Shown here piece by piece: positions 40,657 through 52,399 of a stretch of 64,000 nucleotides of DNA (the first letter of the stretch is position 1; each line of letters starts with the position of its first letter). A program made the position numbers and the translations under genes. A model generated the notes under the pieces. That model saw only the letters and a list, made by a program, of their open reading frames with translations, ran no database searches and was not told the origin of the DNA. The DNA is from Deltaproteobacteria bacterium. Lineage in GTDB: Bacteria; Myxococcota; Kuafuiibacteriia; Kuafuiibacteriales; Kuafuiibacteriaceae. The stretch is from NCBI GenBank assembly GCA_040218735.1, contig JAVJQW010000049.1, forward strand, positions 160,001 to 224,000, read 5' to 3'.

Positions 40657-42225
40657 TCAGAACATGCCGGCGAGCATCGCTTCGACCGGGGCGTAGTCGT
40701 CGGTCAGCAGGATCGCGTCGGCGAGGTGGGGCTCGATCTGGTCCCACGCAACGAAGAAGCGGGTGAGCTCGGTGAGGCCCATCGCTTCGCCGAGGGCGCG
40801 GACGTCCTCGGGCCTCGGGAGGGGCTTTCGGCTCGCGACGAGGATGAGGTTGGAGCCGGCGCCGGCGCCGCGGCGGCCGTAGACCTGGACGTGGCCGAAG
40901 ACTTCGCGGAGCGTCTTCACCGTGGCGTAGAAGAAGGCGCCGTGTTTCGGGTCGAGCGAGGAGATGACGTTGCTCATGTACACGCCGTCGTCCGTCATGC
41001 GCTCCGCGACCAGCGTGTAGAACTCCTTCGTCGCGAGGTGGAACGGGATCCACGAGACGCCGTTGTAAGCGTCGCCGAAGACGAAGTCGTAGCGGTGATC
41101 CGACACACGTAGGTTTCGGCGGGCATCGCCCGTGACCGCACGAACGCGCGGGTGCTCGCCGAGCTCGAAGTACTCGACGCCCATCTCGACGACCTTCGGG
41201 TCGAGCTCGTACACGTCGACCGCAGCGTCCGGGTACATCTCGCTGAAGCGGATGGGCATCGTGAACGCGCCGCCGCCGACGAACGCCGCCCGCTTCGGGC
41301 CCTTCAGGTACACCCGCGCGACGTCGATGAAGCGTGTGTACCAAAACGGCAGCACGTCGGAGTCCAGCGCGCGCGCGCCCTCGCGGGTGGAGTCGAGGTC
41401 GAGCTGCCGGATCCGACCGACGCGGCTTCTGTACTCCGTGACGCGGACGCGGTGATAGAACGTCTCCTCCTCGTGCAGCAGCTCCTCCTGCGCGTTGAGG
41501 TGCGGCGTGTGCTCCACGAACCACGGCACCAACACCAGCGCCGCGACGACCGCGGGGGCCTTCATCGAGACCTTCGCGTACAGCGCACCGCCGACGCCGA
41601 TCGCCGCGAGCACCGCCGCGACGCCCGCGAGCACCGCCTTCGTCCCGAGGAACGGGAGCAGGAAGAAACCGGCGCCGAACGTCCCGAGGATCGAACCCAT
41701 CGCGCCGAGCGCCGACACGTGGCCCGACGCACGCCCCGCGTCGGCGCCGCCGAGGTTCACGACCTTCACCGCGACCGGAGAGAGCGCGCCGATCAACACA
41801 CTCGGCACGAAGAACAACAGCCCTGTCGCGACGAGCGCACCCGACGACGGCGACATCGAGGCCGCGAGCTTCGGCAGCAGCCACGACGACCACAGCGGCA
41901 CGACCGCGACCGTCGCCCCCGCGCCGCACGACAGGAACACCAACGTCGAAGGGCGCCCGCGCTCGGCGAGCATGCCGCCGACCTGGTAGCCGATCGTCAG
42001 CGCCGCGAGGATCATCCCGATGATCCCCGACCACAGGAACACCGTGTTCCCGAACTCCGGCGCCAGCACGCGGCTCGCCGTGATCTCCAGGACCATCAAG
42101 CACGCCCCCGCCGCGAACGACACCGCGCCCGCGTACCAGGACGCGTGTTTGTCGGACGCCGCGGCCTCCGGGACGGGCGCCTCCGCCTCCGGAGCCTTCT
42201 TGGCCTTCTTCTTCGACTTGGCCAT
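40657..42225 (-). CDS. Fused membrane domain / spermidine synthase-like methyltransferase
   Basis: MVLEITASRVLAPEFGNT TM domain, VGGGAFT, VYELDPKV, DAY, terminal LLTDDYAPVE. Confidence 0.9.
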   Translation of the reverse strand: MAKSKKKAKKAPEAEAPVPEAAASDKHASWYAGAVSFAAGACLMVLEITASRVLAPEFGNTVFLWSGIIGMILAALTIGYQVGGMLAERGRPSTLVFLSCGAGATVAVVPLWSSWLLPKLAASMSPSSGALVATGLLFFVPSVLIGALSPVAVKVVNLGGADAGRASGHVSALGAMGSILGTFGAGFFLLPFLGTKAVLAGVAAVLAAIGVGGALYAKVSMKAPAVVAALVLVPWFVEHTPHLNAQEELLHEEETFYHRVRVTEYRSRVGRIRQLDLDSTREGARALDSDVLPFWYTRFIDVARVYLKGPKRAAFVGGGAFTMPIRFSEMYPDAAVDVYELDPKVVEMGVEYFELGEHPRVRAVTGDARRNLRVSDHRYDFVFGDAYNGVSWIPFHLATKEFYTLVAERMTDDGVYMSNVISSLDPKHGAFFYATVKTLREVFGHVQVYGRRGAGAGSNLILVASRKPLPRPEDVRALGEAMGLTELTRFFVAWDQIEPHLADAILLTDDYAPVEAMLAGMF

Positions 42226-42671
42226 CAGTCGCCGTAGAACACGAGCGACTGGATCAGCCAATCACCGTTGAAGTCCTTGAACAGGATGAAGCGGTCGACG
42301 CCCGTGCTCTTCTTGTTCTTTTTCTCCAGGACCCACTGCACCGTCGCGCTCGCGGCGACGTCGTCGACGTCGGCGACGAAGCTCGTCATACGCTCCACCA
42401 TCTTCTCGGACTTCACCGCGTGGCGCTGGGTGGCGAGGAAGCGGTCGAGCGGGAGCACCCACTGCACGCTGCCCTTCTCGATCAACGTGATCGTCGCCTT
42501 CGGGGAGAAGTGCGCGCCGTAGGCGTCGATGTCTCCGCGGGACCACGTCGCGAAGTAACTCGTGAGGAACTTCTCGATCTCGGGGTTCGGCTTCTTCTCG
42601 GACGCCGTCGTCGACTTACACGCGCCCGCGAGGAGCAGCACCGACAGGGCGGGGATGAGGACCCAGCGCAT
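42225..42671 (-). CDS. NTF2/SnoaL-like lipoprotein
   Basis: Lipobox LAGA-C; YFATWSRGD...GVDRFILFK...WLIQSL. Confidence 0.7.
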   Translation of the reverse strand: MRWVLIPALSVLLLAGACKSTTASEKKPNPEIEKFLTSYFATWSRGDIDAYGAHFSPKATITLIEKGSVQWVLPLDRFLATQRHAVKSEKMVERMTSFVADVDDVAASATVQWVLEKKNKKSTGVDRFILFKDFNGDWLIQSLVFYGD

Positions 42672-42678
42672 GCCTTCG

Positions 42679-43683
42679 TCATTCCATCAGACAGCGCACC
42701 GCGTAAACACCGAACTGCGCGACCCAGTGCCCGTAGGCGTCATAGTCGTCCTTTTTCGCCTCGTGGACCCGCATCGCCGCGCGGACGTGGCGCGCGGCCG
42801 CGTCGAGGAGGCGGTCGTCCCCGAGCGCCTTACCCATCGCGCAGAGGCCCCAGGCGCGGGAGAAGCTCATGCCGAGGTGGTGGTCGCTCCGGGGACGGAC
42901 GACCGGTTCGAACGACGCACCCTTCGCGGAGCGCTCGAACCACGCTTTGAGCGCGTCGGGGTGCGTCGCGGCGACGAGGTTCCCCGCGTTGCCCCAGCGC
43001 GAGAAGAACTCGGCCCGGCGGTGGTCCTCCTTCGGGTCGAGCGGCGGCGCGTCGAGGTAGTGCGCCTTCACGAGCGCGCGTACGAGCTCGACGCCAGCCT
43101 CGTCGTCCGTCGCGAGGTACCACGCGTGAAGCTGCGTGAGCGCCCAGGCCGCGTTGTCGTACTCATAGGAGCGCGGGTCGGGGGCGCGCTTCGTGTAGAG
43201 CGCGCGCAGCGAGTCGGCGCAGACCGTCGCGAGGGGGCGTAGGTCGGGGCGTCCGGTCTGGGCGCGGTGGGTGAGGGCGAGGCGCAGGAACCAGGCGCGC
43301 CCGTAGGGGCGCTCGAAGTCGGGGTGTTCGACCAGGAACGCACGCTCGGCGTCGAGGCCGGCGCGGTCGAGCGAAGCGAGCACACGGTCGCGGACGTCGT
43401 CGTGCCCCAACGCTGCGGAGGTCTCGAGGAGTGCCCAATGCGCGTGCACGGAGGAGTGCCAGTCGATGCAGCAGTCGAAGACGGGGTGGTCGGTGTCGTC
43501 GCGCCTGAAGGCGTCGAGGATCGTGGCTTCGAGCTGCGCGAGGATCCGCGGCGCGTCGGCGCGGAGCTGGGCGATCGGCGTCTCAGGGCCCACGGCCTCC
43601 TTCGTCGTCGCCTCCCCGGGCTCGGGCGGGGTCGCCGCGGCGCAGGCCGCGACGAGGATGCTCACGAAGATGGCGCCCCTCAC
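42679..43683 (-). CDS. DUF2891 family lipoprotein
   Basis: FDCCIDWHSSVHAHW, FERPYGRAWFL, HLGMSFSRAW, Y..GHWVAQF. GTG start at 43683. Confidence 0.8.
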   Translation of the reverse strand: MRGAIFVSILVAACAAATPPEPGEATTKEAVGPETPIAQLRADAPRILAQLEATILDAFRRDDTDHPVFDCCIDWHSSVHAHWALLETSAALGHDDVRDRVLASLDRAGLDAERAFLVEHPDFERPYGRAWFLRLALTHRAQTGRPDLRPLATVCADSLRALYTKRAPDPRSYEYDNAAWALTQLHAWYLATDDEAGVELVRALVKAHYLDAPPLDPKEDHRRAEFFSRWGNAGNLVAATHPDALKAWFERSAKGASFEPVVRPRSDHHLGMSFSRAWGLCAMGKALGDDRLLDAAARHVRAAMRVHEAKKDDYDAYGHWVAQFGVYAVRCLME

Positions 43684-45014
43684 GGCGACCCGGACATGTG
43701 CGCGCCCATCTTCGTGACGCGCCAGCGCGTCCCCTCGCGCACGAAGTCGAACGTGCGTTTGTCGACGCCGTTCGGCGCGCCGCGGCAGCGCTGAATCGCG
43801 CACTGGTAGTAGTACTCGACGTGCGCACGCGCCGCGCTGTCGCCGTTCGGCACGATGCGGATCTTCATCGTGCGTACGAGGTTGTACTCGCCGGCCCACT
43901 CGCTGCGGTAGTTGTAATACGACTTCGCGAGCTCGGTGACGTCGTCACGTGTGAGCGGCTTCGGCGCGATGCGCTCTCGGAGGTTCTTCGCGTCTTCGAC
44001 GTACGGGTGACCGGAAGGGTACTCGCGCAGGAACTTGTCGAGCGCGCGCTGTCGGCGGTCGAGGGAGGCGGATGCGTCGGTCGCGAACGCCCGGACGTTC
44101 TCCCACGCGGTCTCGATGCGCTTCATGCGCTTTCGATCCGCCCGCCCGTCGTCGCGCTCCACGCGCACGCGCGACTTCCCCCACGGGTACACGATCTCGC
44201 CGCGGATCTTGTCGAGCAGGCTCGACACCGCGCCCGCGACGCTGATGCCCGGCTCCAGCGGGTTCCAGCGTTCGACGGAGGAGTGCGAGAGGCACCCGCG
44301 CTGGGCGTCGAGCAAGTTGAGTTGCAAACGCAGTCGCCCGCCTCGCCCGGTCACGTAGACGTCCAGCAGGGAGTTGGGCGCGAGCGCCGAACCGACCTCG
44401 CAGCTCGAGCGTTCGTCGTAGCGCGACTTCAGCGACTCCTTCACCACCGCGTCGAGCGCGCGCCGCTCCGCCGCCGTCGCGACGACGTGGATCTTGCCGT
44501 GGTCACCGAGTTTCGATCGAACGAGCTGCTCGAGCGCGGGCGCACCGATGCGCGCGCCTCGGCTGACGTCCTTCACCTCGACCCGCGCGCGCGGCGTACG
44601 TTTCGTCCACGCTTGGATCGCGGACTCCGCCTGATCGACCGAGAGCTGCGCGCCGAGCATCTTCCCGTCCCAGGACCACAGGAACGCCTTGGGCATCGCT
44701 TCGACCTCGAACCGGCGCATGATCGAGCCGTCGTCGTCGCAGACCAGCGCATCGGGGTTCCAGCCGGGGTTCGTGGTGCCACACTTCGGGTCTTCGGACG
44801 CGACGACGATCAGCCGAAGCCCTTCGCGCTCGTAGCGCTCGTGGAGCGCGCGCCACTTCGGCACCGACGCCTGACACGGCTCGCACCACGACGCGTAGAA
44901 CTCGACCGCGACCATCCGAACGCCGGGGCGTGCGAGCCAGCCCTCGACGTCGACGCCGCCGGCGTACGCGGGGGTGGCGATCAGCGGCGCGAGGAGCGCG
45001 ATACGGCGGAACAT
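43680..45014 (-). CDS. Secreted multidomain protein with N-terminal TlpA/thioredoxin-like domain
   Basis: Signal peptide (PAYA), VEFYASWCEPC, unknown middle and C-terminal domains. Confidence 0.75.
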   Translation of the reverse strand: MFRRIALLAPLIATPAYAGGVDVEGWLARPGVRMVAVEFYASWCEPCQASVPKWRALHERYEREGLRLIVVASEDPKCGTTNPGWNPDALVCDDDGSIMRRFEVEAMPKAFLWSWDGKMLGAQLSVDQAESAIQAWTKRTPRARVEVKDVSRGARIGAPALEQLVRSKLGDHGKIHVVATAAERRALDAVVKESLKSRYDERSSCEVGSALAPNSLLDVYVTGRGGRLRLQLNLLDAQRGCLSHSSVERWNPLEPGISVAGAVSSLLDKIRGEIVYPWGKSRVRVERDDGRADRKRMKRIETAWENVRAFATDASASLDRRQRALDKFLREYPSGHPYVEDAKNLRERIAPKPLTRDDVTELAKSYYNYRSEWAGEYNLVRTMKIRIVPNGDSAARAHVEYYYQCAIQRCRGAPNGVDKRTFDFVREGTRWRVTKMGAHMSGSP

Positions 45015-45053
45015 GTCGAAATGTTAACAGCGGCTCCCAGGCGCGCGAAGGCG

Positions 45054-45082
45054 TTGACGACCGAGCGTCGCTCGGTTGATTC
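45054..45082 (+). promoter_or_regulatory. TTGACG followed by a perfect 8-1-8 inverted repeat
   Basis: ACCGAGCG-T-CGCTCGGT at 45060-45076, in the short divergent intergenic region. Confidence 0.4.
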
Positions 45083-45921
45083 ATCCCGACGTGGCCCCCG
45101 TTGCCCTGGTGTTCGCGGCGCTCGTCACCGCCCAAGCTCCCGCGCTGAACAAACCCCTCGCGGATCGCGAGGTCGCGGTCCCGTCGCAGTATTCCGACAT
45201 CCGTATCCGCGACGAGGGACCGTTCCGTTCGATGTACTTCGCGCGTCCGGACGGCTCGATGGCGCTGGAGTCGCGCGTGCACAAGAAGGAGCCGAGCCAG
45301 CTCGTCGTCCCCTACACCAAGGCGATGTTCGCGAGTCACCTCTACGCGCCCAAACCGAAGCGCGCGCTGCTCGTCGGGCTCGGCGGCGGGTCGATGGTGC
45401 ACTTCGTCCGTGTGTTCGACCCGAACCTCCTCGTTACGGCCGTCGACATCGATCCGGCGGTCGTTCAGTCGGCCGCCAAGTACTTCGGGGTGACGCCGTC
45501 CGAGAACATCGAGATCGTCACCGCGGACGCGTTCGACGTCCTCGCGAAGAAGGCGCCGAAGTTCGACATCATCTGGATGGACGCCTTCCTGCAGCCGTCG
45601 GAGGACACCGACGAAAACGGCGTCCCGCTCAACATCAAGACCCTCGCGTTCTGGCGGCAGGTGAAGAAGCGACTCACGAAGCAGGGCGTGCTCGTGGTGA
45701 ACGTGAACACCGGGCCCTCGACCCAGCGCGACCTCGCGACGATGAAGGAGGCGTTCGGCGCGTTGTTCAGCGTCGCGCCGCGCGGCTCGGGGAACCTCAT
45801 CGTGATGGCGCCGATCCAAACGCCGGACGCCAAGACCCTCGCGTCGCGCGCCAAGAAGCTCGACGCACGCGCCTCCCAGATCGGCTTCGCGGATCTCGCG
45901 CGGCGCGCGAAGGCGCTCTAG
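45076..45921 (+). CDS. Spermidine synthase-like SAM-dependent methyltransferase, probably exported
   Basis: ALLVGLGGGS, VDIDPAV, ADA, DIIWMDAF; hydrophobic N-terminus. True start may be GTG 45091. Confidence 0.85.
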   Translation: MIHPDVAPVALVFAALVTAQAPALNKPLADREVAVPSQYSDIRIRDEGPFRSMYFARPDGSMALESRVHKKEPSQLVVPYTKAMFASHLYAPKPKRALLVGLGGGSMVHFVRVFDPNLLVTAVDIDPAVVQSAAKYFGVTPSENIEIVTADAFDVLAKKAPKFDIIWMDAFLQPSEDTDENGVPLNIKTLAFWRQVKKRLTKQGVLVVNVNTGPSTQRDLATMKEAFGALFSVAPRGSGNLIVMAPIQTPDAKTLASRAKKLDARASQIGFADLARRAKAL

Positions 45922-45929
45922 TCACCTGA

Positions 45930-46973
45930 CTAGCGATCGACGACGACCCGGTCGCGGCCGTTGCGCTTCGCGCGGTAGAGCATCGCGTCGGCGCGCGCGA
46001 GGAGGGCCTTCGTCGACTCTCCGCGGCGGACCTGCGCGACGCCCGCGGAGCACGTGACCTCGACCATCGTGCCGTCGCAGTCGACCGGGGTCGAGCGGAT
46101 CGCGTCGAGGAGTCGCTCGGTCATCTTGAGCGCGTCGTCGAGGTTGGCGTCGCGGAGGATGACGACGAACTCCTCGCCGCCGTAGCGCGCGACGTAGTCC
46201 GACTTGCGCGGGTAGGCGCGCACGAGCTCGTCGGCGGTGTTGCGGATGACGATGTCGCCGGCGGGGTGTCCGTAGGTGTCGTTGACCTGTTTGAAGTGGT
46301 CGATGTCGACCATCACCACGGACAGCGGCTGGTTCGTGAGCGGGATGAGGCGGCTGATGCGGTCGAAGTCCTGGTCGAACGCGGAGCGGTTGTAGAGGCC
46401 CGTGAGGCTGTCGGTCGCGCTCTTCTTCTTCGCCTTGACGAGATCGGCCTGCAGCACTTCGACGTGCTCGCCCATCTGCACCATCCGACGCTCCGCGCGT
46501 TGCCGTGAGCGCTCGAGCTCCTTGCTGAGGTCCTCGACGGTGGAGCGGACGCGGTTCTGGAGCTGAGTGAGGTCGTCGGTGTCGACGGCGTTGGCGAGCT
46601 CCGACAGGCGGGTGAGGAGTCGGTCCGCCGTCTCGACGTCCTCACCGACCGCTTCGGACAGGCTGGCGAGCGCCTCCATCAGCGCACCCTTCAGCTCCTT
46701 GAGGGCCTTCGGGACGTACTTCTTCTCGGCCTGGCGTCGCCGCAGGATGACGAGCTTGAGCTCTTCGACCGCGCCGTCCTCGTCGGGGCGCACGACGCGC
46801 TTCGCCCAGTCCTCCATGCGACGCTCGAGCTTCTCGGCGGTCTCGTTGGGCAGATCGAATGCGTGCCGTCCGAAGCCCCGCGCGAGATCCGCGATGGCGT
46901 CGAGTGTGGAGCTGGTCGCCGCAGGCGCAGCCTCGACGGGAGAGGGACGGGTCTTGCGCGAAAAGAGGCCCAC
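45930..46973 (-). CDS. Diguanylate cyclase
   Basis: DSLTGLYNR, DIDHFKQVNDTYGHPAGD, I-site RKSD, RYGGEEF. Confidence 0.95.
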   Translation of the reverse strand: MGLFSRKTRPSPVEAAPAATSSTLDAIADLARGFGRHAFDLPNETAEKLERRMEDWAKRVVRPDEDGAVEELKLVILRRRQAEKKYVPKALKELKGALMEALASLSEAVGEDVETADRLLTRLSELANAVDTDDLTQLQNRVRSTVEDLSKELERSRQRAERRMVQMGEHVEVLQADLVKAKKKSATDSLTGLYNRSAFDQDFDRISRLIPLTNQPLSVVMVDIDHFKQVNDTYGHPAGDIVIRNTADELVRAYPRKSDYVARYGGEEFVVILRDANLDDALKMTERLLDAIRSTPVDCDGTMVEVTCSAGVAQVRRGESTKALLARADAMLYRAKRNGRDRVVVDR

Positions 46974-47017
46974 GCCCCAGACATCGGCGGCGGGCGACGG
47001 GGCGTGAAGCCGGCGTC

Positions 47018-48744
<1,727 letters not shown>

Positions 48745-48745
<1 letters not shown>

Positions 48746-48981
48746 CAGTCCTCCGCCACGCCGTGTTTGGCGTCGAGGCGGTTCATCAGCCGCACGTAGA
48801 CGAAGATCAGGACGACGAAGACGTAGATGCTGCCCTGCTGCGCGAACCAGAACCCGAGCGGGAAGCCGAACAGCACGATGCGGTCGAGCGCCTCACGGAA
48901 GAGGATCCCCGCGCCGTAGGAGACGGCGAACCAGATCGACAGCAGGATCAGCAGGTAGCGGACGTTCGTTCGCCAGTACAC
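48745..48981 (-). CDS. DUF4212 small symporter subunit
   Basis: YWRTNVR, IWFAVSYG, GFPLGFWFAQQGSIYVFV. Probable GTG start at 48981. Confidence 0.88.
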
Positions 48982-49029
48982 CCGATCGTGCGTACCAGGT
49001 CCCGCGTCCGCGTGGTATGGCGTGCCCCC

Positions 49030-50124
49030 GTGGACCCGCTGTACGCGTTGGCGCGCCCGCTGTTGTTCTCGCTCGACGCGGAGACCGCGCACAGCACGAC
49101 CCTCGCGGGCGCTTCCTTCGTCGCACGATCCCCCGCGCTGACGCGGGTCGCCGAGGCGACGTACGGTTTCGATGCGCCGGTGTCGTTGGCGACCCATGCG
49201 TTAGGTCTCGACTTTCGACACCCCATCGGTCTCGCCGCGGGGCTCGACAAGAACGGCGAGGCGATCGACCTGTGGGCGGCGATCGGGTTCGCGTTCGTGG
49301 AGGTCGGCACCGTGACGCCCGGCGACGGGCAGCCGGGGAACGACAAACCGCGCCTGTATCGCGCGCGCGAAGATCGCGCGCTCGTGAACCGGATGGGGTT
49401 CAACAACCACGGCTCTGCGGCGCTCGCGAAGAAGCTCGTCGCGCGGCGCACGCGGGTGCCGGTCGGCGCGAACCTCGGCAAGGCGAAGGTCACGCCGCTC
49501 GAGCAGGCGGCGGACGACTACGAGGCGACACTGCGCGACGTGTGGCTCGGCGCCGACTACATCGTGGTGAACGTATCGAGCCCGAACACGCCTGGGCTGC
49601 GCGACCTGCAGGCGGTGACCGCGCTGGAGCCGCTGCTGACGCGCGTGGTTCGCGTGAACCGTGAGCTCGCCGACGAACACGGGGAGCTTCCCCGACCCAT
49701 TCTCCTCAAGGTCGCACCGGATCTGGCCGAAGCAGACATCGATGCGGTCGCTCAGCTCGCAGTCGGTGTGGAGGTGGACGGCATCATCGCCACCAACACC
49801 ACGAACCGGCACGCGCTGCTGTCGAACCCGCCGCCGATCGGAGGTGGCGTCAGCGGTGCGCCGCTCGGACCGCGCGCGCTCGAGGTGTGTCGCCACCTGT
49901 TCCGGCGGCTCGACGGGCGGCTCCCGATCGTCGGGGTGGGGGGCCTGATGACCGGCGAAGACGTGGCGGCGCGGATCGCGGCGGGGGCAACACTCGTTCA
50001 GGTCTATTCGGCGTTGATTTACGAAGGACCGGGATTGGTGTCATCAATGGTGCACGGGTTGGTGAACCGCATGAAAGATCTGGGCGTGGATTCGGTGTCG
50101 GATCTGGTGGGCCGAGACGCGTAA
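49030..50124 (+). CDS. pyrD: Quinone-dependent dihydroorotate dehydrogenase
   Basis: GLAAGLDKNG, NRMGFNN, VNVSSPNTPGLR, KVAPDL, GGVSGAP. Confidence 0.96.
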   Translation: MDPLYALARPLLFSLDAETAHSTTLAGASFVARSPALTRVAEATYGFDAPVSLATHALGLDFRHPIGLAAGLDKNGEAIDLWAAIGFAFVEVGTVTPGDGQPGNDKPRLYRAREDRALVNRMGFNNHGSAALAKKLVARRTRVPVGANLGKAKVTPLEQAADDYEATLRDVWLGADYIVVNVSSPNTPGLRDLQAVTALEPLLTRVVRVNRELADEHGELPRPILLKVAPDLAEADIDAVAQLAVGVEVDGIIATNTTNRHALLSNPPPIGGGVSGAPLGPRALEVCRHLFRRLDGRLPIVGVGGLMTGEDVAARIAAGATLVQVYSALIYEGPGLVSSMVHGLVNRMKDLGVDSVSDLVGRDA

Positions 50125-50157
50125 ATGCGGACACCGTAGGTTCAGGAGTAGGCGCGC

Positions 50158-50835
50158 GTGCAATTCAACACGAAGGACAAAGAGCTCACGCTCAAGATCG
50201 TCTACTACGGCCCGGCGCTCTCCGGGAAGACGACGAACATCCAGGCGTTGCACGCGATGCTCGACCCCGCGGCGCGCGGTCGGCTGATGACCCTCGACAC
50301 CAAGGGCGACCGCACCCTGTTCTTCGATCTCCTCCCCGTCCACTTCTCCACGCGCTCGGGTTTCAAGGTGAAGATCAAGCTCTTCACGGTCCCCGGCCAG
50401 GTGATGCACGAGTCGACGCGCCGCATCGTCCTCGCGTCCACCGACACCGTGTGTTTCATCGCCGACGGCCAGCGCTCGCAGCGCGCCGCGAACAACGAGG
50501 CGTACGCGGGGATGCTGAGGAACCTCAAGTCGCAGGGGCTCGATCCCGGCGAGGTCCCGATCGTCATCCAATTCAACAAGATGGACCTCGGGGACGTCCT
50601 CACGGACGAGGAGCTCGCCGACTACGAGCGCCGCGGGTCGGAGCCGGTGTTCAAGGCGTCGGCGATCCGCGGAGAGGGCGTCGTGGAGACGCTCAAGGGC
50701 GGCATGTCGCTGCTGTGGCAACGCCTCGACGAAGTCCACGACCTCGCGCGCAAGCTCCAGATCACGCGCGAGGAGTTCATGAACGGCATCTTCCACTCCC
50801 TGCGTGACGACAAGCGCCTGGAGGCGCAGCCGTGA
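50158..50835 (+). CDS. MglA/SofG-family small GTPase
   Basis: KIVYYGPALSGKTTN, DRTLFFD, TVPGQ, NKMD, SA. Confidence 0.92.
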   Translation: MQFNTKDKELTLKIVYYGPALSGKTTNIQALHAMLDPAARGRLMTLDTKGDRTLFFDLLPVHFSTRSGFKVKIKLFTVPGQVMHESTRRIVLASTDTVCFIADGQRSQRAANNEAYAGMLRNLKSQGLDPGEVPIVIQFNKMDLGDVLTDEELADYERRGSEPVFKASAIRGEGVVETLKGGMSLLWQRLDEVHDLARKLQITREEFMNGIFHSLRDDKRLEAQP

Positions 50836-52337
50836 CGAGCGGCTCCATGGGTGGTCATCCTTCGCTGCCGGTCATGACGGATGACCTGGTCGCGGAGGGG
50901 ACGCCGGTCGACGGGCCGACGGCGCCGAGTGTCCTCGACCGCCAGATCCACCTCGGGGAGCTGCTCGACGTCACCGCGTTCCGCGACGTCTGCGCGAGCT
51001 TCGTCGACCTCTACAAGATCGGCCTCAAGATCTTCGAGAAGGACGGCACCAAGCTCGTCGACATCCGCGTCGGCAACGGCGACTGGTGCGGTTACATCTT
51101 CAGCGACCCGAAGGGCCGCTCGCAGTGCACCGGTCTGGTCACGCGCATCAAACAGTTCGACTACCCCGAGCTGGGGACGGGGGAGGTCGTCGAGCAGACC
51201 TGCTTCTCCGGGCTGAAGTACGTGATCATGCCGATCACCTACGGCGGGGACCTGCTGGGGCGCGTGATCTACGGGCCCTTCATGCCGGCGGACCTCGCGC
51301 GCCCCGGCGACGACGTCTACCAGTACGGCGAGGACTTCGATCCCAACCGTCTGTGGTCGTACGGCGAGAAGATTCGCCGCGCCCCGGACGAGATGATCAT
51401 GAAGATCCTCACCAACTTCCGACGCGTGGTCGACACGGTGACCTTCATCGCGATGAAGGCGCACATGACGCAGCAGCTGCACCTGGAGTCGGTGACCGCG
51501 AGTTACAACGAGCTCGCGAACGCGAACAAACGGCTGCGCCGATCCTTCGAGAAGCTGAAGGAGCTCGACAAGCTCAAGTCGAACTTCCTCGCGATGATCA
51601 GCCACGAGCTGCGCACGCCGCTCACGAGTGTCATCGGGTACTCGGAGATGTTGATCGAAGGCCTCGCGGGGCCGATGCCCGACGAGCAGTCGCAGTACGT
51701 CCAGACGATCAAGGAGAAGGGCGTTGCGCTCTTGGATCTGATCGGGTCGCTCCTCGACATGTCGAAGATCGAGGCGGGCGCGATGCAGCTGAAGGTCGCG
51801 GACGTCGAGCCGGTGACGCTGCTGGAGGGGGCGAAGAGCTACGTCGTCCCGCAGGCGCAGAAGAAGCGCATCACGCTCGCGATCGACGTCGCGCCGGACG
51901 TCCCCGTCTTCAAGGGCGATCCCGACAAGCTGCGCCAGTGTTTGATCAACCTGGTGGGCAACGCGACGAAGTTCACGCCGGAGGGGGGCACGATCACCCT
52001 CGCGGCGGCGATGTGGACGGGGACGCGCAAGAACGCGCCGGACGCCGGCCGGTTCGGGCCGCCCGAGGAGACCTTCGTGCGGCTGGAGGTGCGGGACACC
52101 GGGATCGGGATCCCCGCCGACAAGCTGGAGCAGGTCTTCAGCAGCTTCTACCAGGTCGACAACTCGATCACCCGCGAGTACGGCGGTACGGGTCTGGGGC
52201 TGGCGATCGTCAAGCGCTTCGTGGAGGCCCACAAGGGTGAAGTGCGGGTCACGAGCGCAGAAGGGCAGGGCACGACCTTTGCGCTGCTCATCCCCGCGGA
52301 CGCGAACCTCGGCGAGAGCGTCGACATCGTCATGTGA
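50832..52337 (+). CDS. PocR-domain sensor histidine kinase
   Basis: Cys-containing PocR-like sensor (WCGYI..SQC..TCFSGL), [31 protein letters not shown]. Confidence 0.88.
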   Translation: MTSGSMGGHPSLPVMTDDLVAEGTPVDGPTAPSVLDRQIHLGELLDVTAFRDVCASFVDLYKIGLKIFEKDGTKLVDIRVGNGDWCGYIFSDPKGRSQCTGLVTRIKQFDYPELGTGEVVEQTCFSGLKYVIMPITYGGDLLGRVIYGPFMPADLARPGDDVYQYGEDFDPNRLWSYGEKIRRAPDEMIMKILTNFRRVVDTVTFIAMKAHMTQQLHLESVTASYNELANANKRLRRSFEKLKELDKLKSNFLAMISHELRTPLTSVIGYSEMLIEGLAGPMPDEQSQYVQTIKEKGVALLDLIGSLLDMSKIEAGAMQLKVADVEPVTLLEGAKSYVVPQAQKKRITLAIDVAPDVPVFKGDPDKLRQCLINLVGNATKFTPEGGTITLAAAMWTGTRKNAPDAGRFGPPEETFVRLEVRDTGIGIPADKLEQVFSSFYQVDNSITREYGGTGLGLAIVKRFVEAHKGEVRVTSAEGQGTTFALLIPADANLGESVDIVM

Positions 52338-52360
52338 CACGGGGCGGGGGTTCATTCCCC

Positions 52361-52389
52361 TTGCCGGCTCCACCCTCCTTGGCTAGCGT
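52361..52389 (+). promoter_or_regulatory. Putative sigma70 promoter of the pyrH operon
   Basis: TTGCCG-N17-TAGCGT, 10 nt before ATG 52400. Confidence 0.45.
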
Positions 52390-52399
52390 CCCGGCCCCG

